The notes beneath the pieces are model-generated. The model was given only the letters and a program-made list of their open reading frames with translations, was not told where the DNA came from and did not search any database. From an uncultured Verrucomicrobiae bacterium (lineage in GTDB: Bacteria > Verrucomicrobiota > Verrucomicrobiia > Limisphaerales > Palsa-1400), in the NCBI GenBank assembly GCA_963764165.1, contig CAVXRD010000004.1, positions 576,001 to 640,000 of the forward strand: 64,000 bases of DNA, in the 5' to 3' direction. Positions 1-9,781 of the stretch are shown here, piece by piece. The position numbers and the translations under genes are program-made. Position 1 is the first letter of the stretch, and each line of letters begins with the position of its first letter.

Positions 1-1075
1 CGAAATCAATGGCAAGGCCAATCAGAATCGGCGCAAACGTCACCGTCAGAATATTCAAATGGCCGACTGCCAGCGTGCCAAACCCCATGCTGTAACCCAA
101 TCCCACGACGAGGCACACCATCGCCTTGAGCGGGCGGCCGGTTTCGCGGTAGGCGTAAATGAAAATCAAGGAACAGATCACCAGCGAGACAAGCGTGGCC
201 TCCGTGGCGTCGCGCTCGGATTGCACCATCTGGTCGTAATCCAGCACGGGCGCTCCCGTGACGCCAACATTCAATCCGGGAACTTCGCTGGCGGTTTCGT
301 TGACAAGCTGCCGCATGCGGCGGACAGATTCTTCCACCACCTTGCCGTTGCGCGGGCGGGCGGTGACCAGAAAGATGCGCCCATTGGCCAGCGTGATGTA
401 CATGCGCCGCTGCGCTTCCTCGCCTGCTCCAAAGAGCGCCGTGACTCCCGGTGAAACGGGCGTCCCCGGACGATTCAAACTGTCCGTCGCCTCGTCGATG
501 ATCCGCTGCAGCGCGGGCAGAGCGCCGATGAGGGCGTTGTTGGCGGCATTTTCCTCCTGCTTGGCGGTGCGAATCTGGCGATTGACCATTCCGAAAAACG
601 AATCCAGATTGCTGGCGGTCGTGAATTGTTGGATGAACGGCGGGTACTTCTCCAGCTTCTCGCGCATCTGCTCCAAATCGGCTTTGGGAACAAACAGCAG
701 CGCTTTCCTGCCAAGCGACGGCAAATCTCCCTTGTAAAAAATGTCCGTGAAGAGATTGGTTTCCGGCTGCAGCTTGGCGGCGAGGCGTTCGACAAATTGC
801 CGGTTGCGGTCCAAGTCCTCGCTTTCCACCACCACCGCCAATTCGTCCTCGCCGGGAAATTCCTCACGGAATTTCAAGTAGATTTCGTGCGACTTCTGCC
901 CTCCGCCGACGAGGTTGTCCTGGTTCATGTCGAACTTCAGGAACAGCGCGGTGTAAAGGCAGCAGAAAGCGAAGATAACCAATTGCGGCAGGATGAACCA
1001 CTTCGGGTGCTTGCACACCAGCCGCGCCACGGCGCGGAGGAACCCCGCGAAAAGTGTATGGCCGGCGGGACTCAC
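1..1075 (-). CDS. MMPL/RND family transporter, HpnN-like (hopanoid transport); runs off the window start
   Basis: Hand translation, absent from the ORF track. GTG 1075 gives MSPAGHTLFAGFLRAVARLVCKHPKWFILPQL...FREEFPGEDELAVVVES...VGVTGAPVLDYDQM...GHLNILTVTFAPILIGLAIDF, with typical MMPL TM helices and a GLxIDF motif. Confidence 0.85.
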   Translation of the reverse strand, partial: MSPAGHTLFAGFLRAVARLVCKHPKWFILPQLVIFAFCCLYTALFLKFDMNQDNLVGGGQKSHEIYLKFREEFPGEDELAVVVESEDLDRNRQFVERLAAKLQPETNLFTDIFYKGDLPSLGRKALLFVPKADLEQMREKLEKYPPFIQQFTTASNLDSFFGMVNRQIRTAKQEENAANNALIGALPALQRIIDEATDSLNRPGTPVSPGVTALFGAGEEAQRRMYITLANGRIFLVTARPRNGKVVEESVRRMRQLVNETASEVPGLNVGVTGAPVLDYDQMVQSERDATEATLVSLVICSLIFIYAYRETGRPLKAMVCLVVGLGYSMGFGTLAVGHLNILTVTFAPILIGLAIDF

Positions 1076-1166
1076 GCGTGTTCCTGGAATTGGCAGGATT
1101 TAATGTTCAAAATCAGTTATTATCTGACAGCTCCGCCCAGGGATTTTATTCACCTGGAGGCACTGC

Positions 1167-1895
1167 TCACTCAGGAAATTCCGCGTTGGAATAAATTTCT
1201 TTGACGTCATCGTGCTCTTCGAGAAGGTCGATGAGCCGGGTCGTCTCCTCAACCGCCTTGCCCGCCGCCACCGGGACGGTGATGGTCGGAATCCATGTGA
1301 CTTCCGCCGCCGCCGGCTTGATGCCTTTGGCTTCGATTGCTTTATTGACGATCTCAAAATGCGCGGGGTCGGTGAGAACTTCGTAGCCCTCGGGTCTCGC
1401 TTGGAAATCATCCGCGCCAGCTTCCAGGGCGGCTTCCATGACCGCATCTTCGGCTGCCGAATCGCGCGTGACAATAATCTGCCCCTTGCGCTGGAACAAA
1501 CGGCTGACGGATCCGGCGGTGGCAATGGCGCCTCCATTCTTGGTCATGATGCTGCGAATTTCCGCCGCGGTGCGATTGCGATTGTCCGTGCTCAGTTCCA
1601 CCAGCATGGCCACGCCATGCGGCCCGTAAACTTCGTAGGTTAAATCTTCGTAATTGATGGAATTGTCGCCGCCCGCGCCGCGCTTCATGGCGCGCTCGAT
1701 ATTATCGTTGGGCATATTGGCCGCGCGGCACTTGAGCAGCACCATGCGCAAGCGCGGATTCATGGCCGCATCCGGCCCGGCCAGCTTGGTGGCGATGGCG
1801 ATTTCCTTGCTTAGCTTGGCAAAAATTTTGGCCCGTTTGGCATCGATGGCACCCTTGAAGTGCTTGACCTTGGCCCATTTGCTATGTCCTGCCAT
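1167..1895 (-). CDS. yebC: YebC/PmpR family protein
   Basis: MAGHSKWA start, NPRLR, YEVYGPHGVA, TDNRNRT and C-terminal DDVKEIYSN motifs. Confidence 0.97.
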   Translation of the reverse strand: MAGHSKWAKVKHFKGAIDAKRAKIFAKLSKEIAIATKLAGPDAAMNPRLRMVLLKCRAANMPNDNIERAMKRGAGGDNSINYEDLTYEVYGPHGVAMLVELSTDNRNRTAAEIRSIMTKNGGAIATAGSVSRLFQRKGQIIVTRDSAAEDAVMEAALEAGADDFQARPEGYEVLTDPAHFEIVNKAIEAKGIKPAAAEVTWIPTITVPVAAGKAVEETTRLIDLLEEHDDVKEIYSNAEFPE

Positions 1896-1922
1896 AATTA
1901 TAAATCTGCTTGCGGCGCCCGC

Positions 1923-2261
1923 TTAGCGGAGGGCTTCAACTTGCACCGCGGTGCCGTAGCACAAAACCTCCGTGATGCCCGGCATGATTTCCGTGGCATC
2001 GTAGCGCACGCCGATGACGGCGTTGGCGCCGAGCTTGCTGGCGTGCGTGATCATGTCGCGAAATGCGTCGTCGCGCGCACGCTCGCACAATTCCGTGTAA
2101 ATCGTAATATTGCCGCCAAAAAGGCTTTGGACGCCAGCCGCAAAATTCCCAACCACCGAGCGAGAGCGGACAACGATGCCGCGCACCACGCCGAAGTTCC
2201 TGACCGCTTTATATCCCGGGATTTCAAACGCCGTCGTTGTAAACGGATGCGTTTCGCTCAT
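1923..2261 (-). CDS. YbjQ/UPF0145 family protein
   Basis: [33 protein letters not shown]. Start moved to ATG 2261 (MSETHPF) to match the family length of about 110 aa. Confidence 0.9.
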   Translation of the reverse strand: MSETHPFTTTAFEIPGYKAVRNFGVVRGIVVRSRSVVGNFAAGVQSLFGGNITIYTELCERARDDAFRDMITHASKLGANAVIGVRYDATEIMPGITEVLCYGTAVQVEALR

Positions 2262-2386
2262 GGCACGATTGAACACCATCGCGCGAACCCGCGCAAGCCC
2301 CGAGCCGCCCATGACGCGAGACAATTATAATTATTTAATCCGCGCATTCCCACGCGATGGCGGAAAATCCGCCCTCCGACTTTTTA

Positions 2387-3979
2387 CTAAGGCAACTGAA
2401 CTTTGAGCACAGCCGTGGAGCTGACGACGGATCCCGCGGCATTGCGAACCAGCACGCGGTAATCTCCCTTCTCCTTTGTCGTAAGGCCGGTGATTGAGCA
2501 AGTGGAATTCGTCTGATTGTGGATCGATGCGCCGTTGTGTTCCCACTGATAGTGAAGTGGGGCCGTGCCGGCCGCCTCGACTGAAAACGTGACTGTGGAC
2601 CCGTAAGGCGCGTTGGTGCTCTCAGGCGGCGTCACAATGCGCGGCGGCACGATAACGGAGAGAACCGCAGCGTCGCTGGCAACGGAAGAAACGGCGTTCG
2701 TCACCGTCACCGCGTAGGCCCCCGCTTCGGACACCTGAATCTTTGTCAATGCGAGCGATGCTTTGGTCGCCCCCGCGATGTTCGTGCCATCAAACTGCCA
2801 CTGGTAACGCAGCGGAGCAGTCCCGGTGGCATGGGTGCTGAGCGTCACGGTTCTGCCCTCGATCCCATTCTGCGTTAACGGCTGCTTCGTGATTTTCACC
2901 GGAGTATCAACAGTCACGCGGGCATTCGTGCTGGCAACCGAACCGCCCGGGCCTGACGCTTCCACATAATACTCGCCGGCCTTGGCGGCGGAAGCGGCGA
3001 TCTCATACGTGTCGTTCGTTGCGCCAGCGATTTTGCGCTTGTTGAAGAACCACTGGTATTTGGTCGCATCGAGGACGGAAGCGGACAAGGAAACGAGCGA
3101 TCCAACGGCAACAGTTTCATTTGCGGGGCCAGCAATGATGCTGGGGGCGAAATTACTGATGGCGCTTTCCGCGAGTTGAGCCACCAAACCATGAGCCTTG
3201 GTCGTCGGATGAATGACATCCCAAAAAAGATAATCCGCGCCGGGCCCGTCAAACCCGGGATTGCTGAACGCATCCAGCGCGTCGGCGTCAACCACGGTGA
3301 AGCCGTACTCGGACGGATGGGCCGAGATGTTGTCCACCAGCGTGAAATCGTCGACCCAGGCGATTCGCGCATTCGGATATTTTTTGGCCACAGCTTTCAT
3401 GGCTGCGGCGAGATCATTATTGAAATCGCCCACCAGCCCGCGAATCACCGAAGCCTCGGGCGCGAGCAAAATATTCGTCTTGACAACTGGCAACTGGCTC
3501 AAATCGGGAAGATTGGGAACCACAATGAAACGAGCGCCCGCCTTCGCCAGCGTGGCAACGGCGTTGCTGACATTGGCCACGCCGGTGTCGATCGTGGCAC
3601 CCCAGGCGATGGGGCTCGTTCCATCGGCCTCGGCGTTATCAATAAAATCATTTCCGCCGGACCATACGGTGAAGACAGTATTCGTGTAATCCCAAGAATA
3701 CGAAAGCGCTGTCGCGACCTGCCCGTCCAGAGCCGAGGTTTCGCTGCCGGAATAGGCGAAATCGCAGAGCGTCGCGCCAAAATTCGTCGCGAGATATTCG
3801 TCCCAGAGGGGGCCATTGCTGTAGCGCCCCTCCCAGTAATCGCCCGTGGCGGGATTGTTGGTGGTGTCGGAAAGGCTGTCGCCAAAGCTCACAACAGCCC
3901 CGTACGGGTGGGCGGACGCCGTTGAGGCCGACAGCAAGATTGCGAACAAAACGACGGTTAATTTGGATGAAGCGAGCAC
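2387..3979 (-). CDS. Secreted SGNH/GDSL hydrolase with three C-terminal Ig-like domains
   Basis: Signal peptide; FGDSLSD, GRYSNG, GGND and FWDVIHPT catalytic blocks; three repeats of the YQW...AG.Y.V Ig pattern. Confidence 0.92.
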   Translation of the reverse strand: MLASSKLTVVLFAILLSASTASAHPYGAVVSFGDSLSDTTNNPATGDYWEGRYSNGPLWDEYLATNFGATLCDFAYSGSETSALDGQVATALSYSWDYTNTVFTVWSGGNDFIDNAEADGTSPIAWGATIDTGVANVSNAVATLAKAGARFIVVPNLPDLSQLPVVKTNILLAPEASVIRGLVGDFNNDLAAAMKAVAKKYPNARIAWVDDFTLVDNISAHPSEYGFTVVDADALDAFSNPGFDGPGADYLFWDVIHPTTKAHGLVAQLAESAISNFAPSIIAGPANETVAVGSLVSLSASVLDATKYQWFFNKRKIAGATNDTYEIAASAAKAGEYYVEASGPGGSVASTNARVTVDTPVKITKQPLTQNGIEGRTVTLSTHATGTAPLRYQWQFDGTNIAGATKASLALTKIQVSEAGAYAVTVTNAVSSVASDAAVLSVIVPPRIVTPPESTNAPYGSTVTFSVEAAGTAPLHYQWEHNGASIHNQTNSTCSITGLTTKEKGDYRVLVRNAAGSVVSSTAVLKVQLP

Positions 3980-4096
3980 GCCAGCATCATGTCGGGTTCA
4001 CCGGTCACTGGCTAGAAAAAATGAGCGCCCCTGGATGCTGCGCCTGTGATTAATAGCGGGTATGGCGGATATGAGATTGCGGCCGATTCACATTCA

Positions 4097-4210
4097 GCGG
4101 CTGAGTTCGAAGGAGCGAAGCGACGAAGAATCAGCCGCAGCGCGCCACGATCAACGGGTGCGCCTTCGCTTCACCGTGCTGCGACTGGTCTGCGACACAG
4201 TCGCGCTCCG
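4097..4210. repeat. Degenerate palindromic element, same family as 8788-8972
   Basis: Right arm ctgcgactggtctgcgacacagtcgcgctccg (4179-4210) resembles 8941-8972. The left arm is degenerate. Confidence 0.7.
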
Positions 4211-4243
4211 CCTAAAGTTCTGCGGTTTCTCGCCCACTCCCAG

Positions 4244-4915
4244 TCACACCTTGTCCCTCCCTTTCTCGATCCGGCGCAGGGCTTTGTCCTGTTTTGCGAT
4301 TTCCATGCGCAGCAAATCCTCGGCGGACCAGCCGTTCGATTGCGCTTCGCGGGCAAGCTCGAACAGCAGTGCGCCAATTTCAGATTTCGTCCGGCGCTTT
4401 GATTTTGCGGCTGCGGTTTCGACGAGCTTCGCTTTGCGCGCTTTTTTCATCAGCTTCTCCGCCCGCATGAGCGCCGGAAGATGGCGCGGAATTCCGTCCA
4501 GCGCGGACGGGCGGGCGTGCCGCGTGCCGTGTTTCTCGGCGGCTTTGATTTTCTCCCAATTGGCCCAAACTTCATCGACGTTCTTCACTTTGACATCGCC
4601 GAACACGTGCGGATGGCGGCGGATAAGTTTATCAGCGATCCGGCGTGTGACTGCCTCGAAATCAAAGACGCCGCGTTCGCTGGCTAGCTGACAATGAAAC
4701 ACAACTTGCAATAGCAAATCGCCCAACTCCTCCGCCATTTCGTGATCGTCGCCTGCTTCGATGGAATCGATCAGTTCGTAAACCTCCTCCACGGCGTGGT
4801 AGCGGAGCGACTGATGGTCCTGCTCGCGGTCCCACGGGCAGCCGTCGGGCGCGCGCAATTTGGCCATGATGGCCAGCAAATCAACAATGGCGGGATTCGT
4901 ATTTTTTTTCTTCAC
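4244..4915 (-). CDS. mazG: MazG family nucleoside triphosphate pyrophosphohydrolase
   Basis: LRAPDGCPWDREQ, EEVYE, EELGDLLLQVVFH, RRHPHVF. GTG 4915 overlaps the proB stop (GTGA). Confidence 0.93.
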   Translation of the reverse strand: MKKKNTNPAIVDLLAIMAKLRAPDGCPWDREQDHQSLRYHAVEEVYELIDSIEAGDDHEMAEELGDLLLQVVFHCQLASERGVFDFEAVTRRIADKLIRRHPHVFGDVKVKNVDEVWANWEKIKAAEKHGTRHARPSALDGIPRHLPALMRAEKLMKKARKAKLVETAAAKSKRRTKSEIGALLFELAREAQSNGWSAEDLLRMEIAKQDKALRRIEKGRDKV

Positions 4916-5982
4916 AGGATGACAAGGTTGTCGCGATGCACCAGGACGCCCTCCAGAGTTTTCGATTTGACAGCATCGGAATCGAAATCGCACATGCCGC
5001 GCGCGAATTCCGTTCCGTTTCGGTCGCAAATCCGCACGACGTCGCCGGCGCCAAAATCGCCTTCGCAACGCGAAAGGCCCGGCGTGAGCAGGCTTTTGCC
5101 ATTTTCGCGCAAGGCGGAACGCGCGCCATCGTCAACAATGAGAGTTCCTTTGGCGTGATGAAAAAAGGCTATCCAGCGTTTCCGCCCCGCCAGCTTGGAA
5201 GGCTGCGCGACGAAGATGGTCCCCTCCTCTTCACCGGCCACCACTCGGGCCAGGGCGGCTTCCTTGCGCCCGGACGCAATAACCAGCGGAATGCCCGCCC
5301 GCATGACAATCCTGGCGGCCTGCAGCTTTGAGGTCATGCCGCCGACGGACGTTTCGCTGTCCGTCCCGCCGGCCAGCGCTTCGACCGCCTCCAAATTCTC
5401 AACCGCGCCGATGATTCGTTGGTTGGGGGCGCCGAAATTCTCCAGCAAACCGTCCACCGAAGTCAGGATGACCAGCACATCGGCCGGCAGCAGGCAGGCG
5501 ACAAGCGCGGAAAGTTTGTCGTTGTCGCCGAATTTAATTTCGGTGAACGAAGTGGCGTCGTTTTCGTTGATGATCGGGATGACGCCGTGCTGCAAAAGAG
5601 TCACGAGAGTGCTGCGGGCGTTGAGATGGCGTTCGTGATGTTCCAAGTCATCGTGCGTCAACAATACCTGGGCCACACAAAAACCCGCCTCGGCGAACAG
5701 CTTCTCGTAGATCGTCATCAGGCGCGGCTGCCCGACCGCCGCGCACGCCTGCAACTCGGAAAGTTGAGACGGCCTTTTGGCGTGTCCAAGAACGCCCATC
5801 CCCGCCCCCACTGCCCCGGAACTGACGAGCACAACCTGTTTGCCCTGCGAGCGGACGGCGGCGATTTGGGCTGTCAAACGGCCGATTTGGGACAAATCCG
5901 GCTGCTTACGGCTATCCGTCAGGATGCCGGTTCCCAATTTAATTATGATGCGACTTGCGCTTTTTACTGAAGCTCTGTGCAT
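4912..5982 (-). CDS. proB: Glutamate 5-kinase with PUA domain
   Basis: IIIKLGTG, VSSGAVGAG, IPIINEND, FGDNDKLSA, GGMTSKL, C-terminal VHRDNLV. Start taken at ATG 5982. Confidence 0.96.
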   Translation of the reverse strand: MHRASVKSASRIIIKLGTGILTDSRKQPDLSQIGRLTAQIAAVRSQGKQVVLVSSGAVGAGMGVLGHAKRPSQLSELQACAAVGQPRLMTIYEKLFAEAGFCVAQVLLTHDDLEHHERHLNARSTLVTLLQHGVIPIINENDATSFTEIKFGDNDKLSALVACLLPADVLVILTSVDGLLENFGAPNQRIIGAVENLEAVEALAGGTDSETSVGGMTSKLQAARIVMRAGIPLVIASGRKEAALARVVAGEEEGTIFVAQPSKLAGRKRWIAFFHHAKGTLIVDDGARSALRENGKSLLTPGLSRCEGDFGAGDVVRICDRNGTEFARGMCDFDSDAVKSKTLEGVLVHRDNLVIL

Positions 5983-5998
5983 ATAATAGCCGATAAGG

Positions 5999-6466
5999 AT
6001 GGAGGAAGCGCGCCAACTTACAAAGAGAAAAGACTTGCCAGACAGCATGGAAACTCCCACAAAAAAGGGAATGGAACAGGCCGAACCGAAGAAGAAGACT
6101 ATTCTTGTCGTGGAAGACGAGCCCACTCTTCGCGCCCTGGTCCGCAAAGTATTGGAGCGCAGCGGCTACGACGTTATCGAGTCTTCCTCCGGCCTGGCCG
6201 CCCTGGAACTTTGGACGCGCACCAAGCCGCAGGTGGATCTTTTATTGACCGACATGGTGATGCCGGACGGCATCTCCGGAATGCAACTGGCCGAGAAGCT
6301 CAAAGCGCAAAATCCCAAGCTTAAAGTCATTTTCACAACCGGCTACAGCGCCGAACTAATGGGAAACAACTTCGAGATCAAGGAAGGGCTCAATTTCCTG
6401 CAAAAGCCCTATCCCCCCCAGCGCCTCGTGCAAACGGTTAAGAACGGGCTGGCGTCGGAGGAGTAG
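5999..6466 (+). CDS. Stand-alone response regulator receiver protein
   Basis: ILVVEDE, DLLLTDMVMPDGISG, FLQKPY. The start may be 6047 or 6071. Confidence 0.9.
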   Translation: MEEARQLTKRKDLPDSMETPTKKGMEQAEPKKKTILVVEDEPTLRALVRKVLERSGYDVIESSSGLAALELWTRTKPQVDLLLTDMVMPDGISGMQLAEKLKAQNPKLKVIFTTGYSAELMGNNFEIKEGLNFLQKPYPPQRLVQTVKNGLASEE

Positions 6467-6485
6467 CGCACTGCCTGCTCTTGAA

Positions 6486-7070
6486 TGGTAGGGACGCCTC
6501 GCCGAGGCGTCCGGGGTGAGGCAGGATTCGGAAAAAGAGGTTGACAGATTCCCCGATGAGTCACTTTTTTGCCCAATTGAGTAAACCCAAACGTGAAACA
6601 CTGCCACACCACGTTCCTCTATGGGTCGATCCCCAGAAAGAGGTTCATTTTATTACCATCGCGTGCCAGCAAAGAGGCTTAAGTGAACTGACCAAACCAG
6701 AAGTTGCCCATGCACTGCTCGACACCGTAAGGCTCCGCAACGAAAAATACATTTGGTTCGCGCACGTTTTTCTTTTGATGCCCGATCACGTTCATGCGTT
6801 GGCCTCATTTCCGCCCTCGGGAAACACAGTCCAACAAACCATCACGTTCTGGAAACGCTGGACGGCTCGGCAAATGGGAATCGAGTGGCAACGTGATTTC
6901 TTCGAGCACAGGCTGAGGTCTGATGAAAGTCGGCGCGAGAAGGCGGATTATATTTTGGCGAATCCTGTGAGAAAAGGGCTCGTTTCTGACGCATCCAAGT
7001 GGCCGTTTGTATTTATGCCTAATCCGTTGTAGCGCCTCACCCCGGACGCCTCGGCGAGGCGTCCCTACCA
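6486..7070. mobile_element. RAYT (TnpA-REP) locus bounded by perfect 37-bp inverted GTAG-type REPs
   Basis: 6486-6522 tggtagggacgcctcgccgaggcgtccggggtgaggc is the exact reverse complement of 7034-7070, and the pair encloses a Y1 HUH transposase. Confidence 0.9.
6556..7032 (+). CDS. REP-associated tyrosine transposase (IS200-like Y1 HUH)
   Basis: HFITI, MPDHVH (HUH motif), WQRDFFEHRLR, YILANPVRKGLV...WPF. Start uncertain (ATG 6556 or TTG 6577); TTGACA at 6541. Confidence 0.92.
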   Translation: MSHFFAQLSKPKRETLPHHVPLWVDPQKEVHFITIACQQRGLSELTKPEVAHALLDTVRLRNEKYIWFAHVFLLMPDHVHALASFPPSGNTVQQTITFWKRWTARQMGIEWQRDFFEHRLRSDESRREKADYILANPVRKGLVSDASKWPFVFMPNPL

Positions 7071-7142
7071 GTCTTTCCCACGGCTGCGTTTAATTTCGAT
7101 TTCACGCTTTAGCGGCGCGCGAGCGATGGCTACCTTGTCTTC

Positions 7143-7679
7143 GTGAGCGAGGCCCGCACTATGCACAATCTAGCCTTGGCCGGTTTTATGGGAACCGGCA
7201 AATCCGCCGTTGGCCGGCTGGCGGCGGAGCACCTTCGCTTCGATTTTATTGACACGGATGATTGGATCGAACGCGAAACCGGCAAAGCCATTCCCGAGAT
7301 TTTCGCCGCCCACGGCGAACCTGCCTTCCGTCAATACGAGCGCGCGGCCGTCGAGGCGCTGCGCAAGTGCCGAAACACCGTCATCGCCACCGGCGGCGGA
7401 TTGGTCGTCGATCCCGCCAATATGGCCGATCTCAAAACGCACGCGCTGGTGGTCTGCCTTTGGGCTTCGCCGGAGAAAATTTGGGAGCGCGTGCGCTCGC
7501 AGACACACCGCCCGCTGCTCCAATCGCCCGATCCGCTGGGCCGGATTCGCGCCTTGCTGGAACAGCGCCGCCCGGCTTATCAGCAGGCGGATGTCCTGGT
7601 CCATACCGGCTGCCGCTCGGCCAGGGAAGTGGCCCACCAGATTATCCACCAATTCCAAATGGCGCGAAAGAAGCCGTGA
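7143..7679 (+). CDS. aroK: Shikimate kinase
   Basis: GFMGTGKS P-loop, FIDTD, GEPAFR, IATGGG, RPLL. Confidence 0.96.
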   Translation: MSEARTMHNLALAGFMGTGKSAVGRLAAEHLRFDFIDTDDWIERETGKAIPEIFAAHGEPAFRQYERAAVEALRKCRNTVIATGGGLVVDPANMADLKTHALVVCLWASPEKIWERVRSQTHRPLLQSPDPLGRIRALLEQRRPAYQQADVLVHTGCRSAREVAHQIIHQFQMARKKP

Positions 7680-8713
7680 AATCCGCCATCCGCCACAAGG
7701 CTCTTGAACTGGGCTTTGACGATTGCCGCTTCACCACGGCGCATTCGCCGGAACATGCGGATCATTTCCAGCGTTGGCTGCAAAACGGTTCGCATGGCCA
7801 GATGGAGTATCTGGCCCGCAACGCCCATAAACGCGTTGATCCAAATCAGGTGCTCCCCAACGCCAAAAGCATCATCACGCTGGCGGCCAGCTATGCGGCG
7901 GAATCCCGCCCCGTCGCTGCAAACGGCGCGGTGAAAGGCGTCATCGCGCGTTACGCCAGATATGCGGATTATCATGATGTTCTGGGCGCGCGGCTCAAAG
8001 ATCTCGCGGAATTTATCAGCGCCTTCGGCTCACGAACAAAATCCTTGTGGTATGTCGATACCGGGCCCCTGCTCGAACGCGATCTGGCGCAGCGTTCTGG
8101 CCTGGGATTCACCGGGAAACATACCAATCTCATCAGCAGGAAACTGGGAAATTGGATATTTTTGGCGGAAATTATAACCACGCTGGAGCTTGAGGCCGAC
8201 ACGCCGGAAAGGAATCGTTGCGGTTCGTGCGAACGCTGCATTCCGGCCTGCCCAACGGCGGCGATTACCGCGCCTTTCCAATTGGACGCCCGCCGCTGCA
8301 TTTCCTACCTCACGATCGAATTGAAGGGCGCAATTCCCGAAGAATTTCGGCCATTGATCGGCAATCGAATTTATGGCTGCGACGATTGCCTCGCCGCGTG
8401 TCCGTGGAACCGCTTCGCTCAGGACGGGGCGTTGATGGGCGCACATTTCCGCCGCGATTTGGAATCGCCGGATTTGCTGGAATTGCTGGCGCTTGATGAT
8501 GCGCAATTCGCCGAGCGCTTCGCCGGCACGCCCATCCGCCGGACGAAGCGCCGGGGATTCCTGAGAAACGTCTGCGTCGCGCTGGGGAACATCGGCGATG
8601 AGGCCGCGCTGCCCGCTTTGCAACGCGCGGCGCAGGATCCTGAACCGCTCATTGTCGAACATGCCCGTTGGGCCATGGCGCAAATTGAGTCCCGGCGAAA
8701 CAGTCCCGCCTGA
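7676..8713 (+). CDS. queG: Epoxyqueuosine reductase
   Basis: IARYA..DYH, YVDTGPLLER, CGSCERCIPACPT, RCISYLTIE, GCDDCLAACPWN. GTG 7676 overlaps the aroK stop. Confidence 0.95.
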   Translation: MKSAIRHKALELGFDDCRFTTAHSPEHADHFQRWLQNGSHGQMEYLARNAHKRVDPNQVLPNAKSIITLAASYAAESRPVAANGAVKGVIARYARYADYHDVLGARLKDLAEFISAFGSRTKSLWYVDTGPLLERDLAQRSGLGFTGKHTNLISRKLGNWIFLAEIITTLELEADTPERNRCGSCERCIPACPTAAITAPFQLDARRCISYLTIELKGAIPEEFRPLIGNRIYGCDDCLAACPWNRFAQDGALMGAHFRRDLESPDLLELLALDDAQFAERFAGTPIRRTKRRGFLRNVCVALGNIGDEAALPALQRAAQDPEPLIVEHARWAMAQIESRRNSPA

Positions 8714-8787
8714 CGTTCGCTCTATATAGCGACTGCTGCGCGGTGAAATTCTATGCGACGAGTGTGTCACGCACGCAGGCCGACAGC

Positions 8788-8972
8788 CGGAGCGCGGCTG
8801 TGTCGAAGACCAGCCGCAGCAGCTTCGAAACAAGTGGCGTGTCGGGAAGAGACCGTGACTCGCCAGTCGCAGTTCTGAGGTTTTTAAATGTTTGTCGACG
8901 ATCGCTGCCACAAGATTCGTTTTCGGTTGTTTGAGCGTTTCTGCGGCTGGTCTTCGACACAGCCGCGCTCCG
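8788..8972. repeat. Palindromic MITE/REPIN-like element with perfect 32-bp terminal inverted repeats
   Basis: cggagcgcggctgtgtcgaagaccagccgcag (8788-8819) is the reverse complement of 8941-8972. It lies between convergent genes. Confidence 0.85.
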
Positions 8973-8994
8973 AAGCAGAGCCAACCGGCCTTTT

Positions 8995-9771
8995 TTATTG
9001 AGGCGGGCTAAGGGGCAGCGGGCGCGGCGCTGGCGGCAGGTCCGTAGGCAGTTGGAACATTTCGGTGTGGCCGTCCATGTAAACGGCCTGCTTGCCGGTC
9101 TTGGGCGGGTTCGGATGAAAATCGTCGTAGTCCAGCATCATCACCGTCGCGCTGGCGGAGCGGACTATATTTGACTGGAAAAAATTGGTGAAAGCGGGCG
9201 AGGCGATGACACCGTTAATCTTGACGGATTCTCCCAAGTCGATTTTCTGCCCGTTCAAGCGGGGATTCCATCGATAGCTCGAGCCCTCAACTTCAAAGAA
9301 GTAATCGTTGTCGCGCGGACATTTGAAAATCGCGGAACTTGCGTTGGTATCGTTTTTTCCGGCGAACGGACCGAGCGCCGCGCTGATGCGGGGAAAGTGC
9401 ATGCGCGGAAAGTCAGGCGCGCTGGGAAACGGCTCCACTTGGGGAAGGACGCCATTGTTGTCGCCTGCGTAAAGGCGCGCCGCCACTCCGAGTTGACGGA
9501 GATTACTAAAGCATGTCGTGTCGTTGGCCTTGATCTTCGCCTTGCTTAACAAGGGCAACAATAGCGCCGCCAGTATTCCAATGACTACAATCACCACCAG
9601 CAACTCGACGAGAGTCAAGGCCGCTTCCGCCGCACGCAGCCGTTCAAAGGCAGGGACGCATCGCCGAGGCGTCCGCTTGCGCGTGAATATCTCCTCACCC
9701 CGGACGCCTCGGCGAGGCGTCCCTACCTCAATTTGATTCGCGCGCCGTCTGGATGATAAACAAATTTTCAT
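8995..9771 (-). CDS. Prepilin-type N-terminal cleavage/methylation protein with H-X9-DG-like C-terminal motif
   Basis: [39 protein letters not shown]...[12 protein letters not shown] 9771 lies 10 nt after the upstream stop codon. Confidence 0.88.
   Translation of the reverse strand: MKICLSSRRRANQIEVGTPRRGVRGEEIFTRKRTPRRCVPAFERLRAAEAALTLVELLVVIVVIGILAALLLPLLSKAKIKANDTTCFSNLRQLGVAARLYAGDNNGVLPQVEPFPSAPDFPRMHFPRISAALGPFAGKNDTNASSAIFKCPRDNDYFFEVEGSSYRWNPRLNGQKIDLGESVKINGVIASPAFTNFFQSNIVRSASATVMMLDYDDFHPNPPKTGKQAVYMDGHTEMFQLPTDLPPAPRPLPLSPPQ
9648..9728. repeat. 81-bp REPIN of the RAYT-associated family, inside the CDS
   Basis: Two inverted REPs. 9693-9727 is identical to 7035-7069. Confidence 0.9.
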
Positions 9772-9781
9772 ATTGACTGGA

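Noticed and set aside
7262..7675. N-terminal extension of queG in the ORF track; likewise the extensions at 43080, 35033, 45918, 46538, 4916-5068 and 5983-6147
   Set aside because: They overlap well-supported genes, read as off-frame sequence, and better coupled starts exist.
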